From Nemertoderma westbladi (lineage: Eukaryota; Animalia; Xenacoelomorpha), in contig JAUCBJ010008354.1 in NCBI GenBank assembly GCA_032718475.1, positions 124,001 through 188,000 of the forward strand: DNA of 64,000 nt. The letters are read 5' to 3'. This document shows, in pieces, positions 11,475 to 25,577 of this stretch. The notes under the pieces are model-generated. The model searched no databases. It was not told where the DNA came from and worked only from the letters and a program-made list of their open reading frames with translations. Positions within the stretch are counted from its first letter, which is position 1. Each line of letters begins with the position of its first letter. The translations under genes were made by a program, and so were the position numbers.

Positions 11475-13577
11475 TTAGTCTTTCTTACGCGGACGGCGTT
11501 TACGCAGTTTCTTGAGGCTAGCAAGAGTCCTTTTCTCTTTGGGGCGAGCCACTTTACGAGGAGGGCTGTAGCTCCTAGGCGAAGGGTGCAATACAATTGC
11601 ATCAGAAGGTGTAGGGTTATGATCGGTATACCCGCCGGTCGAAGTACCTGGTTGATTAATATCAACCTCAGTGGAGTGAGGTCTAACGGCCTTTAGAGCG
11701 CGTCTCAGGACAGCAGCTCCTACGGGTCCTTGACGGGTCGTCTGGACACTAGCGGTGGGTGGACCGTGAGTGGTGAGGAACTTTCTCGGTTTAATGGTTC
11801 TCTCCAGCTCGCGTTCTCGGGTTCGATATTCATATGGTCACCGAGATACTTCCTGTAGTTCAGGATGCGAGTTCACAAAGATGTCGCCATACTCAGGGTC
11901 CTGACGGATAAAATTGATCAGGTGATATGTGGTTATATCATTAGGGTTAACGTTTCTAAGGTATTTTCTGACAAACTTGGTGGAAATACACTCACCAACA
12001 CGCTTCATTAACTCGTAACTTGGTACGCGTGTTTTCTGTTCAATCGACGCGAATAGATAAGGATGGAACGCGTAAACTCCCTCGTAAGCTCGTCCAGAGT
12101 AATAGCGATGTCGGGATTCGCAATGTAAATCCGCGTTCGCTTCCCAAGCTCGGATGTATCGCAGGGTGATCATCTCGTCTACGCTCTCTAAATCGCGATT
12201 AAAGGGACAATTGTAACTTTCATGTCCTTTAAGTTGACAGTAGTGACATTGAGTCATAAATTGTGGGCAGACGGCAAAAATATGAGAGTTATTAAGCCTG
12301 CAATAAGCACAATATATTTCCATCATCGGTTGTTCGAGGAAATAGGAGCAAGGTACGCTCGAGTCTAGAGAGGTGAAGTGGTCTCTCGATGCGCATAATC
12401 GACAACGTTTTCGAGAAACGTAGTTGGCGTGTCGATAATCGTACGCTGTGAGACGTTGTGGACCTTGATACCACTCTATGACATAATCATTGTCACTGCT
12501 CCGGGAAGCTGTAGGCTGAATCGCTTCTGATTCCAAGCATACTGGTTCATCCTCCAGCTGTATAGACGAAGTGGGTGCGTCGGTCTCAGTAAGTGGACCC
12601 ACTGTCTGTATTTCCACGACAGAATAACCTGTAGGTATTCGGGGTCTTTGTATAACAGATGAATGTAAGTTCTGTATACAAACGTCTTGAAAAACGGCAA
12701 ATCCAGCGCTACTCAGTTTCTCCGCAGCTGAGTCTCTCAGACTGAGTTTGGTCAGCGCGCGGTCCTTGAACTGACTATCGACGTTACGGAACGGAGTCAG
12801 AAAGCGCCGGAAACATTCGAAACGTATGAACTTATTGTGTTCGTCTAACTTGGCGAGTTTAGTTCCAAGTATTAATGGATGAGCGCGTATGGTACGACTG
12901 CACACATCGGCTAGCCAACCAGCAAGTGCTGCGTTTTCAAAGATCGTGTATATAGCTAAGGACGGGCGAAGTGGAACACTCATAAAGCTATATACGGCAC
13001 CAGGCGCAGTTAATGGTCCATCAAAATATAAACGAGAGTAATGATCTCCATATACTTGCTGGTAATTGATAGGATTTCCAACTTTGAAATTCCATCCATA
13101 TTCTTGAAAGGCAAGATGTCCGATGGATGTCCGTTGTACCTTAGTAATGTCGCTGGGTGTATTGGCATACATAGTGCGAAAGAAACCTCGGCCTTCGGCC
13201 CAAGGAGCAATCAGCTGAGTATCAACGAAAGGGTATGGAATGTTTTCCATATTCCGGAAGTCCTTTTGGAGATCTCCATAAACAGCTGAGCCGATCTTTA
13301 GGATTCTTTCGTTAAACAACATTTCGAGCACAGGTTGGGGTAACATTGATCCATCAATACCCATGGCCGGTTTGCGCTCGGTGTCGGTGACGTAACGCTG
13401 CGCGAGCTCGAATTGTCCATGTCGAAGTTTCTTTTGTGTCTCCGTAAGGGTTTCAAAAGAATAATCAATCACATCGGAACACGCTCGAGTGAATACGTGG
13501 GTAGAATCGACAAACGCTTGTAAAGGTAGAGTATATCTCTCCCTGATACCAAGATCATCTTCTATTAATTCAGTCAT
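11475..13577 (-). pseudogene. Accessory ORF2 of copy A (~700 aa) with three zinc knuckles and a basic C-terminus; one premature TGA at 11838-11840
   Basis: CRLCASRDH, CAYCRLNNSHIFAVC, CHYCQLKGHESYNC; the frame continues past the TGA (CGG in copies B and C) to ...KKLRKRRPRKKD*. Confidence 0.8.
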
Positions 13578-14408
13578 ATCTGCTATACGAGTTCACCAAT
13601 ATTATAATGAGTTTATATATTTATTAGGCGAGCAGGCGTCGCTGCCTACTTCTCCCTTGCCCCCGGACAGTGTGAGATTCTCAGCGCCGATGTACCGCTG
13701 TCGCTGTACTTTCGCCAACGACATAGCCGTACAACGACAACGATAACCGGCACAAGTCACTCCACTGTCCGTCCCAAAGGCTTAGATGTACTTCAGGTTT
13801 TCCTTGGAGAGTTAGGTTACTTTCACGATTGCGACTAGCTACTGTAAACACACTTTAGCAGTAACATTCACCTATAAACTCACAAATACCACACAACTGG
13901 TCACAACTACGCACATTCGGGCCATTTGTCCGTTAGTCAATGCCTTCCAGAATGTCACTGTATTATTATGTATCCTTGGATACTAGCAGTGCGCTATTTA
14001 TTCCCTATGCTATTCATTGGGACAAGCTTTCTATTGTTCTTTTAACTCAATTCTAATTCTAGCGTGGTTGTTGCTATGGTGACATTATGTAAAGCTAGCG
14101 GTAGAGTTAGGGTAATTCCCATGCATACAGATCTGGGATGTTATTTAATAGTAATTCTTTAATAGTCAATGTCCTGTTTGATACATGACTTTATGAATTT
14201 TATCGGCTATTGACTATGTTTGGGAGACTTTCGCACACTCATACGCATAATAAGATAAATCTCCGCTCCCTTGATCTATTAATTAATGGAATTTTGGGAA
14301 TGTTATAAATTGCGTAAAAATGGCAATTTATTAAATTCATTAAAAGGCATGAATTTAAATTTATTCCCTGAAATTTTATTATTTGATAATTAAATGGACA
14401 TATTTTGA

Positions 14409-14685
14409 TTCTAGAACATGTCTGGGGACACAAGATCCTTAATTCTATGAAAATTGTCCTTTTAAGAATATCGGTAAATGCTACGATATCTTAATTGACT
14501 AGAATTGTTGAAGGATCTGAATTTTACAGATTTTGATTTATTGGATTTGCAAATATTAAATAATTAATATTTGAGATGGGCACCGATTTATTCCAGAACT
14601 TGTCTGGGGACGTTAACCACTGATTCTAGAATTTGTCTTTCAAGTATATCGGTGGGTGCCGCGATATCTTAATCGACTAGAATTA
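14409..14685. repeat. Imperfect direct duplication (~100 bp, period ~180) in the pol-ORF2 spacer
   Basis: AGAAC.TGTCTGGGGAC...TATCGGT...CGATATCTTAAT.GACTAGAAT occurs twice; also present in B (~31070-31330) and C (~41830-42090). Confidence 0.7.
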
Positions 14686-15228
14686 CAGATGGTCAAAGGG
14701 TTTAACAGATTTATTTTGCGTTATACGCTACTGTTAAAGGGACATCACGCTACTATATGTATTATTTAATATACGGTATGAGAGCAATATCGCACGAAGC
14801 AATGTCAGTGTGAAGAGGCAAGTCGTTTCCAAGGTCTACCCAGAGCTTGGTTTAGCCGAGACACGAGGATCTGAACTTTGCATTCCTAATACTCTGCCTA
14901 CCAATAATACTTGAATATAGTAGTGGCTTTATTGTACTTTAATAAGTACGGACATTTCATCTTACGGTAGTTACGTATTTATAATATAATACGGACAGTA
15001 AGGAAAGAGAAAAACACTTGTTTCTCACCGTCACACTAAATATAATATAAGTAATTACGTACGCAATAAACACGAACATATTGCACTATTCTACTAAATA
15101 ATCGCTAAATAATATTCTACTAAATTAAATAAAACGATTATAATAAAATTACATAGTAATACATACATAAATATAAAAATAATAAAATAATATAAAATAA
15201 TAGAGTCACACGCCCACTCCGAACGATA

Positions 15229-18200
15229 TTAAGTTGGGGAGTCCCTAGATGTCGGTTGGATTAGGGAAGTGGTCGTGGGAAGAGTTTCTTGCCTTCCATA
15301 GTTTCCGGAGAGCTCTCTGTCTCTTTCCAGTAAACATAAACGACCCACTGGGCGGTTGAGCTGTTGAGTCTCAAAGACTATCCCTGGTTTCTTAAAGTTA
15401 CGCCGCATGACGACGAGCTCTACTGATCGCACCAAACCATCGCTCGAGATATGAGTCTCGATGATACGTCCTGTTTGCCATCGCTTACGTGGGAGATCGG
15501 GGTCCACAATAAGCACCATGTCTCCAGCGCTGACGTTTTCTTGCTGCGCAAACCACTTAGTTCGAAGTTGTAGAGTGGGCAGGTAATATTTCTCGAAATG
15601 GTCAGCGAAACGACGGGATAGCAACTGCATAAGTTGCCAGGTTCGACGGCAGTACTCGTCTCCGTCTGTGATCTCCGATCGTGGGAGCATGGCTACGGGT
15701 TTCTTCAGTAGAAAGTGCGCGGGTGTTAGCGCTTCCAGGGAATCAGGACTTGAAGAGACTGGCATAAGCGGTCTTTCGTTGAGATAGGCGGCGATTTCCT
15801 CCATTAACGTCCGCAATAGTTCGTCGGTGAGATAAGCGCGACAAGGTACAATAAAGTGGAACGCAGTCTTCACGCTCCTAATCAATCTCTCCCAACTTCC
15901 TCCCCACCAAGGGGCGTCGGCGGCATTGAAGGTCCAGCTAGACGCTGTTATCTTTAGCTGATCGTCCACCTGTCTTTTGTTCCAGTCCTTTACGTAAGCT
16001 TGAATTTCGTTGTTGGCGCCAATGAAGTTCGTTCCCTTATCCGATCTCATCGTGTTACTGGTTCCGAAGCGAGCGATCTGTCGTCGTAAACTCAACACGA
16101 AGCTGTTGGTGGATAGATCGTTTACCATATCGAGATGGATAGCTCTACAAGTCATACAAACGAAGATGACACACCATCTCTTGACTATAGTCCGGGCACG
16201 ATATACTTCAATAGGGCCAAATAAATCCACACCGGTATTAGTAAAGGGTGGTTCATAGAAGCTTACTCTTTCCCTAGGTAATTCTGCCTCTCGCTGTGTC
16301 AAAGGCCTACTGAATGCTTTCCTACAGGGTATGCAGTTCCTAAGGACTTGGTTCAGAGCCCTACGGGGTTTATAAAAATAGTAGCGAGTTCGAATTTCGC
16401 TCAGAACTCGTTCTCTTCCAGCATGATACAGTTTGCTATGAACATCTACAATCATCTTGATTTGTATGTCAAGATTTCTAATGAGTATGGGAAACTTAGT
16501 GTCAAAGGATAATGGGGCGTTGGTAAGCCTGCCTCCAACACGTATTAACCCATCTATCATGGTACTAGAGAAGCGATCCCTTAAGCGCATCTGCGGATTT
16601 CTTAACAACAGGAAATACTTATCGGGATCCTCATAGCATTGTAGGAGTCTCAGCATCTGTTTGTTGGTTTCATCATGCTCCTGGTAACTGATCTTCTCCT
16701 TTAGAAACCTGTCGGATATCTTGTATTTGGGAAGATCTTTAACAACATGGACTCGTGCAGATGTTGATGGAGCATCATCACTATTGGTCTTTGTCCCGGA
16801 GTAACGATGATGAAAACATCGTTTTAAATAGGTGACGGCTTTACAGAGCCGATTCCAGGAACTGTAATGACGTATCACTCTCTGCAGGAGAGGTGAGAGT
16901 CCTTGCGAAATATCTGGTATTCCAGATTTCCAATCCTTGTCACGGATTTCTAAGACTTCTTTATCTGTGGCGGTGGGTTTCTGATCCAAAGCATCCTCTC
17001 CGGAAGTAAATAATACAGATAGATCAACCGCAGGTTTAAACAACTTCGATTTACTCGCTCGAGTTTTGGGTTTAACTTTCTCCGCTCCCTTGGCCTGTCT
17101 GATCTCTGCTGTTGTGAGATGGGGAGGCCATTCTTCTTCTTCTCTGTAGAGAAAGTCGGGTCCACCTAACCATTCGGGAGTATTTACCAATTCCTTTGGA
17201 GTCGCTCCTCGGGAAGCGATGTCTGCTGGATTAATCGTTCCGGGGCAATGTCTCCATTGATCCATCGTCGTGCGACTAAGTATGATGGCTACTCTGTTGG
17301 TAATGAAGACGCTGAACTGACAGACTTCATTGGTTATATACTCTAACACGAGTAAAGCGTCAGTCCAATAGACAGTTTTATCTAATGGATAGTCAATCTG
17401 TTCTGTTACATTCCGGCCGATGGCTGTAGCGTATAGAGCCGCTTTTAACTCCGCTCGAGGAACTTTCAACTTGTTGTTGATTAATGCCTTAGAAGTAACC
17501 AAGGCGACTTTGATTCCATCCGGAGTTTCCACTCTTAGATAGGCTACTATACCTATTCCCATATCGCTGGCGTCTCCAAACACATGGAGTTGATAGGAAT
17601 ACATAGGGAGAACATGACCAAAATATGAACGGGAAATTATAAAATCCTCGATAGCCGGCAGAGAATCTTCCCATTTCATCCACTTCTTTAATAATTCTCC
17701 CTTAAGTGGATCGTCCCATGAGTGGTTTTCAAGCCACATTTGTTGTACCAAACTACGAGCAATCAATATAACTGGGCTAATAAATCCCAATGGATCGAAA
17801 TAAGTGCTCAGTATACTTAAGCAAATCCGTTTGGTTCGAACTGGATTATCTCGCTGTTTTAGCTGGAAAAACAGGATATCTCGCTCTGTGTCCCACTTTA
17901 AGCCGAGTGTCTTGGTTTCTGGCAGATCATCTTTGATCAAATCTAGATCTTTCGCCCCTCGATCTTCCGCAGGGATCGACTCCAGAAACTCACGGGAGTT
18001 GCTGGTGAATTTCGTTAATCGAAACCCACCTCTTTTTAAGCACTCTACCGTTCCTTTAGCGACCTCAATGGCTTCCTCAACTGATGGGAGGGACTTCAGA
18101 TTATCGTCCATATATATGTCTCGCTTGATGTTGTCGATCACTTCCTTAGAGAATGCCTCTCGGTTGTCCTCTGCAGTGGTACGCACTACCGAACAGGTGT

Positions 18201-21200
18201 TGGAAGGGCTTGAGATTATCCCAAAGGCCTGGATGGTCATCCAGTACTCCACCGGTTTCTGGTTGAGGTCTCCTTCGGGCCACCACAGAAATCGTAGACT
18301 ATCTCGATCCCTATCTAACACCTTGACTTGTAAGAACATGCCTTCTATATCGGAGGCGAAAGCAATCGAATATTGTCTCAATCTTAAAAGAATTCCCAAC
18401 AAAGATTGAAGTAAGTTGGGTCCGGGTAACAATTCAGAGTTAAGGGATTGACCCATGTAAAGAGCGGAGCCATCAAACACTACTCTCACTTCATGTGGTT
18501 TACCGGGTTTAGGAACGTAATGGTGAGTTAAGTAATACGTTCTTTCAGTCACAGGTGTTTCTTCCGGTACTCTCTCCGCGTATCCCTTACTAATAAATTT
18601 CTCCAGCTATGTTTGATACATTTCTTTAGCTGAAGAATTAGCCGTAAGGCGTCGATGGAGTTGCGCGATTCTTTTTTCCGCCAAGGGTCTGTTATTGATG
18701 AACTTCGGTTCTCTCTTGCGGAAAGGTAGACCGACTTCATACCTACCTTGATCTTTGAGGAAACGCGTAGTTGTTTCTTGGATCTGCTTGGCCCTTTCCT
18801 CTTCCACCGATAAGGCTTTATCGTAGGAATTGGGCTCTACCGCCTCTTGCGTAAAGAATCATACGGCATGTTCATCTCGAGTCTTGGCATTGCAACGCTC
18901 AATGACGTCATTTAACTCGTCGTTATAAGCTTCTCGTTCAGATGGATAAAGAAGTTGACATAAGTTCACTTGGTTTTGCCAAGCCTCGTTTTCCTTAAGG
19001 AGATCGATGGTATTCTCCTCATCAAAAAGCTGGTGAACGTCGTCGTTATCTGAGGAGTATGGAGTTCCCTCAGTTAAATCGTCTCCCTCACTAGTATCAT
19101 CTTCCCATTCACTCACCTGGCAGACGCGCTCTTGCGGTAGTCTTTCTCTGAGTGTTCTACGGGAAGGGCCAGTAAAGTACCAACCTACTCTAGTTCTTAC
19201 CGCATAGGTCTGTAGTGGCTGCGGTTGAGCAGGCCGTTTCTCTAATGTCTCCAGCGCCTCATGCGCGTTTTGGCCGATGAGTATTTGCACTCCAGGATAA
19301 TCAGTCTGGAATCGAGGTATGTTAAGATGTTGGATGCTCTCATCCTCGTCCCAATTATAAAGGTCTGCTTGAGTAGTAGCGAAGTTCTTTATAGCCACCA
19401 TTTTCACTGACCTTATGCTATGTTCTCCTAGTTCGTCCTGGGGGGTGGACAACACGCCTACATAATAATCCGCTGTTACTGTAGATTTCCAAACTTGCAT
19501 AATGCCGGACATGTTTAGCTTAGTTCGGAACTTGGGTTGTCCAGCAAATATGTCTTCGGCTAGCTCTTTGTCGATGAATGTTCCTGTACTACCGGAGTCA
19601 AGGAGGGCGTTCACTACATAACTCCGTTTAGGTCCGTGAACCCTTACCTGCACCACAGGAAACTCTCGGATCCCTACATTGGAAGATGGCTCTTTCCAAG
19701 ATGGTTGTCGATCAGGAGTAGTTAGAGTGAGGTCGCTGTCTGTATCTTTTTCATATGTGAGTGCTCGATACACTGCGGTATTTATCATGTAACAGGATTC
19801 GTTTTCGTCGGAGAACTCGTCCGTATAGAATCCTTCCATCTCAGATTGATCAGTGTCGTTCACATCACTGAATTGGACATGTAGTTCGGAATCACTTACC
19901 TGATTCGGACTATTTCGCTCGAATTCAGCGTGCAACAAGATATGATGTTTCGCACCACACTTTGCACACCTTATGTCAGAGTAACAGGTTCGCCGTTGGT
20001 GTCCTTGTCTGAGGCAATTATAACATAACCGCTTATCCCACATGACTTCTCGTCTCTCCGTTAATGATTTCTTCAGGAATTCATCACACATATTCAAACG
20101 GTGGGTCCCGTCACATAGCGCACATTTCGGTTTGATGTTACTTACCTTATTTTGGGTAACATTGTGCACTCTCGTTCTTTCTTCGGGCTTTCTCACCTGA
20201 ATTCTCTTGGGAGACGTAGGAGGAGTTTTTCTTACCTGTTCTCTCTTGTCATTGGATCGAGACTTAAATTTACTTCCCTGTTCGTTAGGTGTTTTATTGA
20301 CATAATAAGATCTTTCAGTGTCTTTCCCGCTATCCTCCCCTTGGGAAGCTTGGCTTTCGCCGTCGTCGGTATAACACACTGGTGTTACCTTTCTTCTGGA
20401 GACGGGTTTCTCACTTACCTTGTTCTCCGATGTCTTCTCTCTGGACTGCTTTATGAGCTGTAATTTCACTTCGCCATCCAAGAATGTCATGAGATCAGTC
20501 ATGGTAGGGTCTCGTTGTTGTTGTTCCATCATGTATAACACTTTCTTGTCCCAGCGTGTACCTACTCCACCCTTCGGTAAAGTAGAAGCCACTGCTCTAA
20601 TAACCATAGCACTCTGATACTCATGAGACTTACCTAGCCAATCTAATTGTCTGCAGATCTCCTGAATTTCATTGGAAAACTCTATAATCCCGTTGCTAAT
20701 AAACTTTCGGGGCGCTACCAACTTTGCATACAAATACCCAGCTATGTTATTCCTATTACCATATGTTTAGTGTATCCCAAACTTGTCTTAATCCGTCTGG
20801 ATGTCCAATAAACTTTAACGCCATTAACTTGGGAGATCCTTCCAAGCACTCTATGAGGAATCTAAGTTTCTCTCCATTAGATAGTACAGAGTTCTGTATG
20901 TTATCTTTGTAATATTCATTAAAAGGTAACCATTTCATCTCATCTCCATTGAACTTGACGATCTCTCCCACCTTTACCGCTTGCCGGGCTTCGGTTCTAG
21001 CCATTTGACGCGTAAAACTTTCTTGGGCCATCGTGTTATTTAATATCGAATTATCGGTATATAAATTTCTCGGATTATGATCAGGTCTATAGGGAATGTC
21101 ATTATCAACAGGTCTATAATTACCCTTAATAGGGTTCACTATAGGAGTTTCTACTTCGCTAGCAGTGTATATGCGTGTAGGCTCCACACCTTGCGCATGA

Positions 21201-23344
21201 GATACTTCAGGCCTAACAGGTTGACACATTGTTACCGAGGGTGGTGGTATACCCTTTTGTGTATTTACTAATTTATCGCGTTCGAGCGCGATACTTTGCT
21301 GCACTTCTTGCAACTCTAGTCTACTTTCCCTTACTGTGCCCTTGAATTGCTGAACAGTCTCCTGCATCTGCCCGAGCAGGAGATCCATCCCCCGCCGTCT
21401 CTCGTCCACCCATTCGACCGCAGAAGCGGGAGTCGCCAACGTTGTAGCGGGCGGACGAGGGACAACGGGTGACAAATCATGAATATTTCGCTCGGGGTCC
21501 AGGACCTGAACTGTCTCCTGGGCAGTTCTACTGGGCACAGGTAGCTTAGTGCTGTGCAGAGGGAATTTAGAGGTAGCTTCAGGGAGCACAGGTGTGTCTA
21601 TCACCGAAGGGGTGATTTCAAGAACAGGCCTAATTATTTCAGGCTCATCTACTATAGTAGGGAGTCTTTCTATTTTAATTATTTGGTCTGTGGGTTCTGT
21701 ACTACCTAAGTTGGTGCTATTTAGTTGCCTTCTAACAGCTGGAGGCAAATCAGGCAATTTCTGACGGTAGAATGTTCTTTTACGTCTGCTTAGACGAGAT
21801 CTATTTCCTTTGCCTTCAGTATCGGTGGTATCGCCTTCCTCAGATGATGTATATCCCTGTCTTTTGGGAGTAGATCGATTCATCATCTGCATATTACTAG
21901 CTGTTAACTGTTTATTTATGCAGTCTTGATTCTCCTGAATGTTTTCCAATTCTAATTGGGTGATTTCTTCCGCCGCTCTACGTTCTGCTTCTGCCACTGC
22001 CATTTCTGCTTTTCTTTTCATTTCGGCTGCTTTTCTTTTCGCTTCTGCCTCTGCCGCTGTCGCTGCCGCTTTTCTTTCCATTTCGGCTGCTTTTCTTTCC
22101 ATTTCGGCTGCTTTACTTTCCTCTTCGGCTGCTTTCCTTTCCGCTTCGGCAGCTGCTACTGCTGCTTTCTTTCTGTCTTCTATACGTTTTTTCTTTACTT
22201 GCTCTTCTTGGACTCGTGTGATGCGGAGTTGTTCATCAAATTTAGCCTGATTCGCAGCCCTCATTTCCACATCGATGGCATCCAACACGCGCTGAGTTCC
22301 TTCACTATTAGGGCTAAGTCCATCTAACCTTCTCCTCAACTCGTCATCACCTAAAAAACGTTGATAGTCTGACAGATAGATGTCAATGGCATCCCTCTTA
22401 TGCGGCTTCTCTGCCGTCGCTTCACTTTCCACTTGGGAAAAAGTAGCGTCTGTTGATTCTCCATGGGATGAGCGCTCCTCCAGCTGAGCTTTCCACTGAG
22501 CTGTTCCTTGAACCTGGAGACTCACCCGTTGAAACCAAGTCTTTACGGCAACTTGCAACGACGTGTCTTGTCTTCGTTTAGAAGCCTCCTCAAAGGCCGA
22601 TAATATTAGCCTGATTCGTAGAATTCTTTCTCTAACTTGATAAAGCAGTTGTCCCTGCTCTTGAGGTCCTTGTGGTTGTTGAAACAGTTGTCCTTTTACT
22701 CGCTCCATAGAGCTGAAAAATCCCTGTGCGTATCCGGCTGCGGACCTCTTCCACACAGCTGGATCTATGGTTTCCTTGGCTACTCCCATCCGGTGTATGT
22801 CTTCCCAGGCAGCTTCTGATAAATCAAACGGGAGTCCGGGTCCGGGGAAGTTCCATTGCGACTCGACAATAGACTTCAGTTCTTCCCTCGTGTATCCCGC
22901 ATAACTATCTTTAGTTGATCGCTGACTTCTCGCCCAATCGATCTGGTGTTCTTCCACTGCAATCAATAACCTAGTGAGTACGGCTGCAGGAAGGATGTGA
23001 AGGGGATCCGAATAAACCGCATCCTTCATCTTTGCTCCGCGCTCGGGTGTCAGCTCTACAGTATCCTCACTACTGGAGCGGTTGGGCCATTGAGAAATAA
23101 GTTCTTGGCTCGCGGGTTGTTGCTGTTCTGCTGCTTCTTGGTCCCGCTTGACCTGAGCTCGAGTGCCTATGATAGACCTACGATGTTGGACCAGCCTAGG
23201 TTCTGTTATTACTACTGGAGGGATGACCTTCCTCACAGTAGGAGGTGAACTGAACTTAGGTCTAGACGGTTCTACACCTCTATCTGAGTCACAGATAGTT
23301 ACATCTAATAAACTGTCTGACAGGTTCTGCTTAGTATCAGACAT
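15229..23344 (-). pseudogene. Single gag-pol ORF of copy A with one frameshift and two nonsense codons
   Basis: Gag CALC..H..C / CYNC...GH....C / CAKC...HH..LH; protease LLDSGS; RT VRVVFDGS, SDIEGMF, YMDD; RNase H FGDAS, WTDA, NPADIASRG; integrase H..H..CIPC, GVDLFGP, SDKGTNF, WERL. 5-bp deletion near 20762 relative to D; in-frame stops at 18859 and 18607. Confidence 0.95.
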
Positions 23345-24733
23345 GTTTATGGGTACAGTTGAATGCCTACTGCTATATTACAGTCTAAGCAAGTCTAGTA
23401 ATTCAGTATTAACTGCTAGCCTAGTAATTAATTACCGATACTGCTACTCAGTGTAGCGTGATATATATAATATATTAGATTACCGGTATGCTTATAGTAT
23501 ATATAAGTATTATTACAGACTAGGTTTATCACAGAATACCGGTATAATTTTAGCACAGATATATATAAATATATAATAGGCCTATCGGGAATACCGGTAT
23601 ACAGCTTACAGTTTGTAGTATATATAATTCTGGACTAGAATTAATTACAAGTACCGGTATAATTTCAGCCTAAATTTATAGAAATAAAGATAATAGGCCT
23701 ATCGTAAATACCGGTATATCAATTATTTTAAATAATTGAATTTCTGAATTTTAGGGTTACTTGGTTACTTTACTTACTTTATTACCGTTATTTGAGCAGT
23801 AATCCAACTGATATTGAGACCTAATGGTTGTATGGTAGCTATGCCTGCTACCATATGCATGCTGGTAGCCTGCTATTTATAAATCGTTAGATTTGATTTA
23901 TAATATATATATACCCGTTTTAATGGGTTTTGTCAATGTTTGAAATAAATGTTATTATTTCTGGGGAGTAATCACTACACAAAGCGGTGCGCTTTCAGTG
24001 AAGTGTTACTTATAGGACACTAAAACAAATAATTCTAATTTACCTAAGTTACTTAATACTACAAATTACGTACAATTCGGGTGAGATTACAATCTCTAAA
24101 TAAACACAAAAATTTACAAAAACACAAAATACGAATTTTCAGGGTAATTTTACAAGAAGTCTACAAACCAGCCTAACAAAGGGTTAGAAATCTGGTTATT
24201 ACAACTACTGCGGTATTTGAAAATAATACGTAGTAGTAAATACACTGCGTTGTCCAGATAGGAAAATACCACCGCCTGACGACCTATAGCCATATCGCTA
24301 TAGGTACTACGTTATGTATCACGGAGTGTTCCTACCTAGAAGTTAATAGAGCTAATCGAACGTGCCTATCAACCACTTTACAACACAAATATAATGCCTA
24401 CACTAATTACTTTCGGAAAGCACTGTACACTAAACCCTAAATTAGGTACGAGTACTTGTACAACATATAATCAGTAGTTAAATATACTTGAACAGCTAAA
24501 AGAACCACGGCATCTGCTGGAGTGACCAGTGCACAAAATCACCAGTCTTTACCTACGCCAAGCAGCCCGTGTAGTACCGGGGTTAATTTAACTATAGCGG
24601 TATGTATAACAAACACAATTATTGTAGGAACAAACTTGGGGAATGAATGTTGCGAATAATAGCATAAACTCTGAATAATAAATATTACGCTACGCGTACA
24701 AACCACTCAAACAAAATGCAGACCAAATACTGA

Positions 24734-25255
24734 CAGACTACTATCAAGCCTAAATAAACTACAGGACATGCAGACTCCGAAATGGTTAGGTAGTATGCGT
24801 TCTAACCCAGTAGTACGACTTATTCTTTAGATGGGGGTTTACCTTACAGCTTTGGCTGCCCCTACTTCCTAACCGTTCTTTATCGGACAGAGGCTCTACA
24901 CACACTGCAATCCGTTCAGACCTAATAACAGCCAGACAACTATCCAGCCTACAAATTATCTAAATAAATATTATACGCTACCTGTACAGACTACACAAAC
25001 AAAGCACAGACTAAACGATGGCAGACTACTCTCAAGCCTAAATAAACTACAGGACATGCAGACTCCGAAATGGTTAGGTAGTATGCGTTCTAACCCAGTA
25101 GTACGACTTATTCTTTAGATGGGGGTTTACCTTACAGCTTTGGCTGCCCCTACTTCCTAACCGTTCTTTATCGGACAGGTGATCTACACACACTGCAATC
25201 CGTTCAGACTTAACAGCAATCAGACAACAGCCCAGCCTACAAATTGTCTGTACAA
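24734..25255. repeat. 288-bp-period tandem duplication in the 5' leader (also in B, C, D, E)
   Basis: CAGACTACT.TCAAGCCTAAATAAACTACAGG at 24734 and 25022; the same 288 spacing at 53289/53577 and 62860/63148. Confidence 0.85.
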
Positions 25256-25566
25256 TATGATCAGGCTTACACGCCTTCTGTTCAATACTGGCCTACAAAT
25301 AAATAAAACTGACAGAAATAAGTAAGCTCCAAAAGAAACAAGGGGTGTACAGTCCCTAATCTCTTAAACAGCCTACCGGTATGCAATAATCAAAATCGAA
25401 TAATACTAATGTACTTATACTAGAAGTACCGGTTAGGACAGTTGGGCCTACAGACCTACTGAAGTACCGATTCTGGCAGTTGGACCTACGGGCCTACAGC
25501 AGTACCGTTCAGGTTTACCGGTTGACCGGTACTTTCAACTTTATTGCTTACTGCAATAAAGAAGCT

Positions 25567-25577
25567 ATATCCATTAT
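25567..25577 (-). promoter_or_regulatory. Primer-binding-site position of copy A, complementary to LTR-internal 26339-26349
   Basis: Minus-strand ATAATGGATAT pairs with minus-strand ATATCCGTTAT with one G.U pair. Confidence 0.7.

Noticed and set aside
11838-13577. env gene
   Set aside because: No signal peptide, transmembrane segment or fusion-protein features; zinc knuckles and a basic tail instead.
21939-22327. Ala/Phe/Cys-rich antisense ORFs (also 37794-38120 and 55964-56327)
   Set aside because: Shadows of the repetitive Ala-Glu-Lys coiled-coil region of gag.
25560-25577. TGGATATAGCTTC as a tRNA primer-binding site in copy A
   Set aside because: The TGG is not conserved (CGG, CAG or AGG in other copies), whereas complementarity to the LTR-internal site is.
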